From Raja brachyura (lineage: Eukaryota): a stretch of DNA of 64,000 nt. The position numbers and the translations under genes were made by a program. The DNA is taken from NCBI GenBank assembly GCA_963514005.1, contig OY740810.1, forward strand, positions 24,056,001-24,120,000, read 5' to 3'. The notes beneath the pieces are model-generated. The model was not told the DNA's origin and ran no database searches. It saw nothing but the letters and a program-made list of their open reading frames with translations. This document shows, one piece after another, positions 13,201 through 25,200 of the stretch (position 1 is its first letter; the number at the start of each line of letters is the position of its first letter).

Positions 13201-16200
13201 GCGGTGCTCCAGCGGCGGCTTGGGTTTCGGGAGCTGCGGTGCTCCAGCGGCGGCCTGGCTTTCGGGAGCTGCGGTGCTCCAGCGGCGGCCTGGCTTTCGG
13301 GAGCTGCGGTGCTCCAGCGGCGGCCTGGCTTCCGGGAGCTGCGGTGCTCCAGCGACGTTCCGGCAGCGGGCCCTGTGGCGGTGTTCCGGCGTCAGCGGTG
13401 GCGGCGGCCTGGATCCCCTCAGCGCAGAGGGAGAATAAGGAGGGGAGAAAAGACAGAGACCCTAAGACTTTTGCCTTCCACCACAGTGAGGAGGTGTTTG
13501 GTGAACTCACTGTGGTGGATGTTAATTTTGTGTTTATTGTATGGTATTGTTATTTTTATATATGTATGACTGCAGGCACGAAATTTTGTTCAGACCGAAA
13601 GGTCTGAATGACAATAAAGGCATTCAATTCAATTCAATTCAATTCAATCTCAAACACAAGCGATTCACATGCATGTCAACATTTTTTATGAAGGAAATGT
13701 AATTTAAATGATTAATGTTAAATTAGAGGAGTGCAACATATATAGATTAATTTGATTTGTCAAACTTTACCAACTTGTCACAACATATGGATGTAAAGTA
13801 TGAGGAAAGTTAGAACATTATGGGTAAAACTTTTGAGTTAATAAACTCTTCATCATACCTAGAATTCCCATGTCATATTTTCCTTCTTTTTTGTCCTTCT
13901 CAATAAGATAATCAAACGTGTCGGTAAAATATTGAAAAAGTGCATTTTGCTTGTGAACCTCCAGTCCAAGAATTCGATTCAGGAATTTTGTGATGCTACA
14001 GTCTGAAAGCAAACATAAAAAGCCTGTTAGCATAGTTTCACTACAGATTTTAAATCACCTCTTAAAACAATAGAGCAAGCTCCTTTATTAATTGGTCCAT
14101 ATTGAATCTCTCAGATTATCTGGGAGTCTCTCAGAGTTCGGAATAAACCCCATTGTTGCCACGAATCTGGGGGAAATAGGCAGGCTGAGAAAAGGAAGAG
14201 CTTTGAGGGCAATGAAAGGGGTTTGGAAATAATTTTGTTAGTGGTGGGAACATTTGGGGAAGGAGAATGCCTAGAAGCTAGCAGATGTTTCTCAGTCAAT
14301 CAGCATGTATATTTTCATAAGTTTCACATGATAGTGTCTTCTTCACGAGTCAGTATCTGACTCCAAATAATTAATATTGTGGAAAATAAAACGAATTACT
14401 GCCTAATTAAAGTGTTTTACAGAGGAAGATTATTATTAAGATATAAATGATTGCAACGTCTTAGTTCAAAACTTATTTCTTAGTAAATTGCATCAGCACC
14501 AACCAATTCCTCAAAAAGGCAGCTAATATCACCAAAGACTGCACCACCTTAGCAATGCACTCAGCTCATTACAATCATCGGGAAGAAGGTACAAGAGCTT
14601 GAGAACAATGATCTTCAGGTTCAAGAACAACTCCTTCCTAGCAACCATCGGGTTTTTGAACACTGTACATTCCCAACCATGATCAACTATAGACTTTAAA
14701 AAAAAAGGTTTCAAATGTAAATAAGATCTGTATGTAGAACATCACTCAAGCGGAGATTCAAAATCATTTATTTATTTCTTACCTTTCTCCACATTTACGT
14801 ATCCATAGCGGTTTTCTTTGCAGAATATTCCCACAGCCATCAATCCTATCCTCATGTCTGTAAAAGATATACGACGTGATAATTTCTTGGCTGAACATCA
14901 TATTTTACAAAGCTGGATGTTATTAACATATAAAGATAATGTCTTCATTGCTTTATGATGTAGACTTATTTTTGATGTAAATCATAGTTTACTAATACTG
15001 ATGTATTAACAAGCATGTTTCTAAATAATGCATTTTTGAATACAAAAAACTTGTATTTGATTAAATGTTAATGGACTGTTAACGTTACATGCAAATCTCA
15101 AACTAATATTTTACCTTCAATAAAATTAATTGGGCCTCCAACATAATCTTTTGGTGGTTGCACTTTATTCTCAACCTGGCCTAGTATGGTTTTAATAACT
15201 TTATCCAATGCCCTGGTTCCATACTGTAAGGAAGGAAAAATATAATCAGAAAAAAATATTCCACCGTAAATTTCAAATATGAGGTTACTGAGGTTGGTTT
15301 AACATTGTGCATCCAATGTGGATTTGATATGAAAATTGAATCCTAATTTTGTGACAAGCAGTTTGTTTAAAAAATCTTTCATCTTTCCTCCTCTTAAATC
15401 CTCCTGTACGTCTCAACAATTAAGGAAAAAAATCAGAGTGGAGGGAAAGAGAGAGAGATAGAGAGAGACTGGTCAGAGAACTAGGATGGGATGGAGAGAG
15501 AGGGAAAGCAAGGGTTACTTGAAGTTAGATAAATAAATATTCATACCACTGGGTTTTAAGCTGCCCAAGCGAAACATGAGGTGCTGCTCCTCCAATTTGC
15601 ATCAGGACAGAAAGGTCAGTGTGGGAATGCAGGACAAAGCCTGGTAAGTGATAGGTAGATATAGATGAGGGGGGTTTTGATAGACAGATGGATAAAGGCC
15701 AGAGACGGCAAAAGGTGAGAGATAAGGATAAAGGTAGTGCAAATTGTGAAGCCAGAGGAAGAAAAAGGGAGGGCGGGGACTCATTACCTCAAAATCACTC
15801 TGGAGCACATATGCCCAAACTTATTCTTGGTTGGTTCATTAGCCAGCTTTACACTTCCTTGGGTTAAATAAATTATGGCAGTGAAATGAAGATATTACCT
15901 TATTATCAAAATTATATTTGCTGAGGTCTCTGGATTCTGTTGCCCTCCGATCACCGTGTGTCAAAGCACCCTGACAAAGGAAGAGATTTGCAATTCTAAT
16001 ACTGTCAAAAATAGTTTTAACATCTTTAAGCAATGTTGATGATGTAATAAGTTTTGAACTTTAAACCTCTTTATTCTAAATTAATCACATGTAGCCAGTC
16101 AAATGTTTTTCCCAGGGTGTAAATGTCAAAGACTAGATGGCATAGCTTTAAGGTCAGAGGGGGAAAGCATTAAAGGACATATGCAGGGCGGTTTTCTTTT

Positions 16201-19200
16201 ACAGAGTGATGTGTGCTGGAAAGCTTTAACATTGGTGGTGGTGGCGGAAGCAGATAAAATAGTGATGTTTAAGAAGTTTTTAGATTCCTGCTTTGTACTT
16301 TTCTATGTTCTATGTGCAGGCATAGGAGATTAGTTTAACTTGGCATCATGTTCAGGACTGAGAGTAAATGTTGATGGCAGGAAATAAGAACGTGTAGTTT
16401 TCTCATAAACAGTCTAGCGGTATTCAGGGATTGGAAGTCTTGCACAGTTGGCAGATTTCATAATTAATAATCTGAATAGTTAGCTACAGAAAAGGCACTG
16501 GATGCCAAACATAGTCTGGATTACTGATACATTGATTTGAAAAGTATAATGAAACACGATTAAAACGTGAAACACGTGGTGAATTCTCACAAGAACGATG
16601 AACATCTCTCTGCACTTTATTTTAGGTACAGTCTAAGTCACTAATGTGCCACCAATTCTTTTTTTTTTAATATATAAGAAAAATACTGCAGATTGCCACT
16701 TCAAGGAGAGGAAGGATCTGCCCATAGTTGTTTAATGAGAGGTGATAGTTCAGTTTAGTTTAGAGATACAACGAGGAAACTGGCCTTACGGCCCACTGAG
16801 TCCACGCCGACCAGCAATCCCTGCACACATTAGGGACAATTTACAATTTTACCGAAGCCAATTATCCTACAAACGTGTGTGACTTTGGAGTGGGAGAAAA
16901 CCAGAAGAACTGGAGAAAACCCACGCAGGTCACGGGGAGAACACACAAACTCCACACAGACAAACGCCATACAGGCAGGATCGAACCCAGATCTCTGGTG
17001 ATGTGAGGCAGCAACTCTACTGCTTTAAAAAATGTTTAAAAAATGGTTTTCGCTAGAGTTTAGATCCAGTTTCAGTTTTGCTGTGAACAAGCTGTAAAAC
17101 ACTTACACTATAAGTGAACTTCTGCAAAGGGGTAATTAATGCACTGAAGAAGAAAAAAGATATTACCAGACTCTCTAAGCGTTTTGCAACAATGGAGGCA
17201 AATCTCCTTTCTCCTGCAAGTTCAGAGATGAGGAATATATATTCTGGAGCTGACACCTGATTTGACCTATGAGTACGACCTGAAAAAGATAAAGTAAATG
17301 AAGTTTATGCACGAATCATGAATTCAATTGCATTCATACCTTGGGATAACACTGATCACAAATTGCTTAAAAGGTCAGTATTTGATGTGATAACTCTCAT
17401 ACATTTACTAACTAATGCCAAAAGGTTCTGGCTCTCCATGGGTAATGTTAAAGAACAAAGAACATTGGGTATTCGCCGTTAAAGTGGAGATGAGGCCAAT
17501 TCTTAAGGGTCATACAAGCAACTCCTGCTCCTAGTTGTTATGTTCTTAACCAGGAATTACATGTTGTTTGACATCAGAAAGTAACAAAATGTACTCTCTT
17601 TGAACCACAAAAATAGAATAAAACTTTTATTAAGTGTTTACTTAATTAGGATAAACAAGGATTACAAATGTCAGGGTAGTTGCTGGTAAACTACTATTCT
17701 CTGGCCCATGGATAATCTTTTAACTTGGACAGACTTTAAAACTGGATATCTTACTGTAGATTAGTGGCTCATGCTATGAGTCATGCATTTGTTGTTAGCG
17801 TCGCGGTCTGCTGCATTCTGTTAGTCTTAAAGTGAACTCTCCAGTGAGAACTTGTGTTGCTTATTCCTAATAAACTCTATATAACCTGACATGGTGTGAG
17901 GCCATTATTATTACAAGGACTACAAATCAATATGGTGTCAGAAGCAGGATACGAACCCACGCCTCCAATCGGAGACCAGAACTTTCACCACATCACCAGC
18001 AGCCCTGAATATCCAGTCTAACGGGCTGGCTGAACGGGCTGTGTGAAGTGCAAAACAACTCATGGAGCGCTCTCACAGGGCTAAATCTGACAAATTCCTG
18101 GATTTGCTCAATTTACGCAACATTTCCCGTGACCCTGCCTTGGGTTCACCTGCTCAACGATTATTGTCAAGGCAGACCCCTATCCTGTTGCCCGTAGCAG
18201 AGCAAACGTTAATCCCACATGTCTTTCCTCCTGAAGAGGTTCAATCCAGGTTGCAACAGAAGCGTGACGTTCAAAAGAAATGGTTCGACAAGACGAGTAG
18301 GCCTCTGCCGCCATTGACCAAAGGACAGGTGGTCCGCTTACAAACTGACAAAGGCCATGACCGTATTGGGGTGGTTTCTGGTCCTGCTTCAGAGCCACGC
18401 TCGTACATTGTTAGAGCCGATGGCGGCACTACCGACGCAACAGACATCTTCTGCCTGTGAAGGAGCCAATCCCTCCTCCTTATTATCCAGATCGTACAAA
18501 TTCATTTCAATCTGTATCTAGTGACCCTCGCATGCTCTTGCCAGCACAACAATCATTCATGCCTGTGACAGTTCCTCTGTCTGTTCCATCTTCGCCTGCG
18601 CCACAGTTTCCTGCTTCGACTCCAGAGGCGTTGGTCCACTGCCTCACGGCGGTGATATCACCAGCTCTGTCCCCAGAGAAGAGGAATGGAGATGGTCTCT
18701 ATCGTACACGTGTGGTCGCGTTTGCAGGCCGGCCGTAAAGTATCCGGACTATGTTTGACTTTACACATGTCCGTCATCGGTTGTGATATTTGCGTTGCTT
18801 AGTTATACATAACTTGCTTTGCTCAGTATACATTGTTATTGATTCTTTCAGAGGGGGGGGGGGGGATGTAGATTAGTGGCTCATGCTATGAGTCATGCCT
18901 TTGTAGTTACGCCTGCTAGCTTGTTAGCGTCACAGTCTGCTGCATTCCGTTGTCTTAAAGTGAACTCTCAAGTGAGAACTTGTGTTGCTTATTCCTAATA
19001 AACTCTATATAACCTGACATGGTGTGAGGCCATTATTATTACAACGAATACAAATCAACACTTCCCACCTGAGAATACTTTTTTTGATCCAAATTGCTCC
19101 TTACTGATAGTGCACAAGATTAATTAATACCTTCTTCAGAAATAAATGTCTTTGGTTTCAAGCAGAAATTTGTTGATATTTGGGCTTGTTACTGCTACAG

Positions 19201-22200
19201 ATAGCCAAGTGTGAGCAAGCCTTACCAAACTGTTGAATCGCACGGTCTGCACTCCAAGGCAATTCCAGGGTCATATGCACTCTCCTCCGCTGGTTCCTTA
19301 TTCTTTTGTCAGCCTGCAGTGAAATGCCTGAACTGGCTGCTTCTGAGATGATGGCGACCAACTTGACAGATGTAAAAGAATATTTATTACTTAACTCAGA
19401 TGTACTGTTATAAACTGTTACATGCGTGGTATCATTCCCATAATAGCAACTTCACCAGAACAATCTATACACTGTATCAATGGGCACTGAGACATTTCCC
19501 CAATGTGCAGGTTGTGGTATGGTTAACAATGCAGGGATATTGGCTGGTTGAGTTTAGTTTGGTTTAAAGATACAGTGCGGGACCAGGCCCTTGGGCTCAA
19601 GGCTGCGCCGACCAGTGATCTCCGTACCCTGCACTAACCTGCACATTGAGGAAAATTATTTTTTTACCGAAGCCAAATTAACCTAAACACCTGTACATCT
19701 TTGGAGTGGGGGTGGAAACGGGAAATATTGGAAAACCCCCCACGAAGGCTCGGGGAGAACGTACAAACCCTGTACAGATAACACCCGTAGTCAGGATTGA
19801 ACCCGTTTCTGCCTGTAAGGCTGCAACTCGACCGCTGCATCACCGTGCCGCCCCCAGTGCCACCGTGCTATTGAAACATGTTGGGATCACACTCCTCTTC
19901 ACCATATACACCACAGTATATCTATTTACTGATATAGACAGTGAGAAACAAACCTACCTTATCCCCATTCATGAATCGCTCCTTTTCCTTTAAATTTATG
20001 TGGTCAATGGTCAGATTTTGTTCTGCTCTGGACTCGTAACAAACTGAGCCATCTGGTTTGCGAACAACACGACCCTTTCTTCCAGTCATCTATTAAAATT
20101 AATGATTTACATATACGGTAAATGTTAATATGATCACACATTCCCAGAACCCATATGTCACTGACAGAACATGATCTGCAGGGCTAAGGGATAAGCTAGT
20201 GCGACTAGGACTGACTGGATTGTTGCAAAGTTTGGTACGGACTTGTCCTGCTTTAACCACAGGATTACTATGATGATTAATGCCTGGGTCATCATCAGGT
20301 GAATACCAGTGTCATAACCAGACTGAAACAGCATGACTGGAGGCACTGTTCTCTCTTGAGTGTAGGCTTCACTGTTGTCTGGTCCTTTCGCCTCAGCTGT
20401 AACTGAATTGGCTTCTGAAATGATGGGGACCCACAAAGAATGGGGATATTTCTTGGAACTTTCTCCTAACATTAGCTGTTTGAGTCTCCACCACTGTTCA
20501 CCTTTTCCAGTTGTTTTCAATGCCACTGGTATATATTATGGACTGAACATTTGAATGAGAAACCAAATGCCACGAGTTAAATTTACATAATGTGTCTTTA
20601 ATTCTCCATCCGATCCACAGGCTCATCCACTTATGACAACAGGTAGCCAAGCCACACAGCTGAAGCAGTGGACATCAGCATCAACAGAAAAGGAAAGACA
20701 GGCATCAGCTTGGAATCCTGGACCTGATTGCTTTTCAGTGATCCAATTGATTGTGTATCGACGACAGGTTAGTTAAATGACTGAGCTTTTACTCTCGCGG
20801 AACAGCTAATAAAAAAGATACAAAAGGGGGAAAAACTATGATTGAATCTTCCTCCTTTCTTGAAAATATTGATTGATTATTGGTGTTGGTAGGTGTCTGT
20901 ATAAAGGACTGGTGATTAATAATGTCCTGCTGGTTTGTTTTAGAGTTTAGAGAGACAGCGTGGAAACAGGCCCTCCGGCCCACCAATGCACGTTGACCAT
21001 TGATCACCTGTACACTAGTTCTATGTTATCCCACTTTAGCATCTTACACAGTTGGGGCAATTTCCAGAAGCCAAGTAACGTACAAATCTGCACATCTTTG
21101 GAATGTGGGAGGAAACCGGAGCACCCGGAGAAAACTCACGCGGTCACAGGGAGAACGTACAAACTCTGCACAACCAGCACCTGTAGACAGGATCAAACCG
21201 GGTCTTTGGCGCTATGAGGCAGGAGCTCTCATGCTGCACCACTGTGCCGCCCTGTGCTACTTTGAAGGACATGATGCCCAAACAAAATGCAATACATTTT
21301 CTCCTCCCAAGCAAATCATCTATAGTATTGCTGTCGTTGCAAGTGAGTAGTGTACATTCTGGGTTTGTGTGTTCTGGTACCATAGCAAGTAATCACTTAT
21401 AGAGCAAATACAAAGGCAACTTCAGCCATGAGCAGTCTTTATAAATTACCTCAGCCACATAGTCAGGACCACCGAACAAGTCAATTAGTTCATCCAGTGT
21501 ATTTAGAGGTAGTTCTTTGCCGAGTATTTCAACCTTCGCCAGCAGATCCCCTTTCAGTTTTTCCACAAATTCTAGTGTTGCTGCTGATGAAAAATAATTC
21601 ATCAATCAATCAAAATCATGCAAGATCACTCAGAATGTTTGAACATTTACATTACTCTTGCTCAAAGAACAACATGCAGAAAATTGTATTCCATAAGAAA
21701 TGATGAGTAAATAGCCAACATTTCCGTTTGTTAAAAACAAATAATTTACCAGGGTTGGAGGCAAGTCAGTAATAATAAAGGTATACATTGCAATCTATTA
21801 ATACTGAACTATCAGAGACAATGCTTAAATCTGCTTTATCCCTGATGCTGAAGATAGATACAAAATACTGGAGTAACTCAGCAGGTTATGCAGCATCTCT
21901 GGAGAAACAGGATGGGTGACATTTTGGGTCGTGGGTCCTCTTCAGATTGAAGTCATGGCATCATCTTTGGCTTGGACATTGTAAGCCAAGCGGCCTGTTT
22001 TTGCAAAGTCCTGCTCTAGGATCCAAATTCTACAAATAAAAGTGCTCCCTTTGGCCAGACAGTGCTGGAAATGGAATCCTGATGAGTCTAAATCAGCTTA
22101 TCTTGTGCTCTTGAGAGCTTTGGTCGGGAGTCAGTGCTGGAGGATAATGGCTGGATTTTTGATTGTTTTCAATCAATTGATTTTTGATGTCAGAATGGTT

Positions 22201-25200
22201 ACCATTTCCCTCCAAACTTTCTTCTCACCAATCATACTGGAGGTTCCAGCATCTTCATTTCCTTGTATCTCCATACTGAAGAGAAATTATTTCAATTTCA
22301 GACTTGTTATTTTCAATGTAAATTTGGTTGATTAACTTGCCTGCACGAAACATGCAATGTATTCAAGCTAATATTTTTAAGGATATCACTTTTACAAAAT
22401 CACTTGATTCAAAGTCCTCTGTAAATTTTTGTATAAAGTTACTTTGTCTTTTCTTTTCTTTAGACCTGCCATGCCATATACATTGTATCTCAATTGAAAA
22501 GGCATGACGATGAACTTCCAGGCTTGACTGATTAAAACATTGGCTTGGCACGAGTCTCCCTTCCTCTGGTCCCGTGGATAACTGCCTGCCGTATAATCTT
22601 CTAGCATTGCATGGGAACACAATCTCAATGCACTGAAAGTCGAGAGTGTAAACCGTATTTGACTAATGATTTCCATGATCCATTCTTTGGAAATTATTAC
22701 ATTAGGTAGTACCTTTTTCCATAGATAGAAAACCATTAAAGGGTGGATCCACAGCAATGACATCAGCCTCTTCAGATATCTCTATGGCAGATGCAGGTGA
22801 TGAGTTTAAATCACTGTCAGTTTCAACCTCAGAATCACAGCTGCTGAAATCACTATTTAAGTAGTTGCAATCCTGAACATTTCGAACTTGTTTCGAGGGC
22901 CGGCTTGGTGGTTTTCCTATGGGGAAATATTTAAGCAAGGATATAGTTTATAAACAATATTAGTGTAAAACTGTTACGTCACAAGAACAGAAAATCATTT
23001 AACTAAAACACTGCTGGCACTCCATTACTGATCTATTTTAGATATGACACAAAATGCTGGAGTAACTCAGCGGGACAGGCAGCATCTCTGGAGAGAAGGA
23101 ATGGGTGATGTTTCGGGTCGAGACCCTTCTTCAGACTGATGTCAGGGTTGTGGGCGGTACAGAGATAAAATGTAGTCAGAGACAGTAAAACTGGTAGGAG
23201 AACTGGGAAGAGGTAGAGGATGGAGAGAGAAAGCAAGGGCTACTTGAAGTTAGAGAAGCCAATGTTCATACCGCTGGGGCGCAAGCGAAATATGAGGTGC
23301 TGTTCCCCCAATTCGTACGAGGACAATGGAGGAGGCCCAGGACAGAAAGATCAGTGTGGGAATGGGAGGGGGAGTTAAAGTGTTGAGCAACTGACCTATT
23401 TATCTCGCATAGTTGTGATATTTCTACCACATACAAATTATGGGACAGTCTAAAATTTGTTTTAAAAAATGAACAAAGTGCTGGAGTAACTGATCAGTGG
23501 ATCAGGCAACATCTCTGAAGAACATGCATCAGTGATGTTCTGGGTCTGGATCCTTTTCCAGAGATGCGGCCTTGAACCAGAGAGTTACTCCAGCACTTTG
23601 TGCCTTTTATTTTTTAAACCAGCACCTGCAGTTCCTTATTTGTAAATTTGGTAAACTAGAAATCAAGCAAGATATACTGTAAATGCAGACTTATTTGAAA
23701 TACTCCATTTATAACAATCTTACATAAATTGTTTGAGCTTGCAGCTATTTAAATGCAAATGAGACTAAGTGGCTAATTTACTGTATTTGATGTCATGATG
23801 ATTGGCAAACAGTCACTCAATTAATGTAAGAGTTCCAAGGAACACTAAGACTGAGAAACATGACAATTCTTGCTGCTGAGTCATGACAAGATACAAATAA
23901 TGCATATTCAAATTCCATTGAAATAAATTTCAGGGTGTGGCGGCACAGTGGTAGAGTAGCGGCCTTTCACAGTGGTAGAGTAGCTGCCAGAGGCCTGGGT
24001 TCGATCCTGTCTATGGGTGCTGTCTATGTGGAGTTTGCACGTTTTCCCAGTTTCCTCCCACAATTCAAAGATGTACCAGTTTGTAGGTTAGTTGGCTTTG
24101 GTTGTAAATTGTCCCTAGTGTGCAGGATAGTGCTAGTGTAGGGGGATCGCTGGTCAGTGAGGACACTGTGGGCCGAAGGGCCTGTTTCTGCACTGTATCA
24201 CTAAACTAAACATTGTGTTAACAGTGCAGTGTGATCAATGTATTTGGATTTCACTTGAAAACTTCTTCCTTAAGTTGGAATTGCAGGCAGAAGATCCAGC
24301 CACAATTTCCCCGGCAGCAATATAAATAGGCCAGAAAAAAGAGAGCAGAATTCTGGCTCAGTTCGCATCTGTCCCAAATGTTAGGACCACCATCCCAACA
24401 AAATCAGGCTTTTTGGCTTTCTTCAGTGTTAGTTACTCTGAGCCTAAACTTACCAACCACATGTTAGTGGAAAGTAGGGTCACATTGCAGACAATGAACA
24501 AAGAAGCACAAATCCACCGCGATCTGTATTTTTACTCAGAAAAAATTAGCTGTAATGTTATCTTACGTTTCCTTTTCGTCCCAGCTCCCTTTTCTTTCTT
24601 TCTCTTTGTTGAAGGAAAGTGCTTCTGAATTAGTGACTTAAAGACGCCTCTGCAAGGAGAAAGCAAAAGTTGATCCTGTTACTTCGAATTTTAATTTAAA
24701 ACTGATTTATTAATAGTACATATCAAATAAAGTGAAGTCACGATGAAAAACATAAACTGTTAGATAAAACAAAATATACAAATTCTCTTGTTCATTTTAA
24801 ATTCCTCAGTCGAAAATGAACAAATCTGCTGTGCACTCCTATGAAATTGGTCCAGCAGAAGCAAGTTAACAGCACAAGACTCTGATTTATCTTCAGATCG
24901 TATACAGTGCCCTCCATAATGTTTGGGACAAAGACCCATCATTGGTCAATTCTTGAGTGGCCAAGTCAAACACCAGATCTGAACCCAATCGAACATGCCG
25001 TTTACATGCAGAAGGGAAAACTGAAGAGGACTAGCCCCCAAAACAAGCATAAGCTAAAGATGGCTGCAATACAGGCCTGGCAGAGCATCATCAGAGAAGA
25101 CACCCAACAACTGGTGATGTCCATGAATCGCAGACTTCAAACAGTCATTGCATGCAAAGGATATGCAACAAAATACTAAACATGACCACTTTCATTTACA

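Larger units (their letters stand above)
17755..19060 (+). mobile_element. Internally deleted Gypsy LTR retrotransposon (5' LTR 17755-17932, 3' LTR 18867-19060)
   Basis: Similar LTRs TG...CA/TA; TSD CTTAC/CTTCC; tRNA-Leu PBS at 17933; polypurine tract 18850-18866; integrase remnant [16 protein letters not shown]. Confidence 0.92.

Noticed and set aside
12800-13607. Four overlapping long ORFs (157-212 aa) on both strands
   Set aside because: Produced by a stop-free GC-rich 35-bp minisatellite. It is not a gene, and not a CRISPR array because there are no unique spacers.
17933-17984. Functional tRNA-Leu gene
   Set aside because: Only the 3' portion is present, with encoded CCA, embedded at an LTR PBS.
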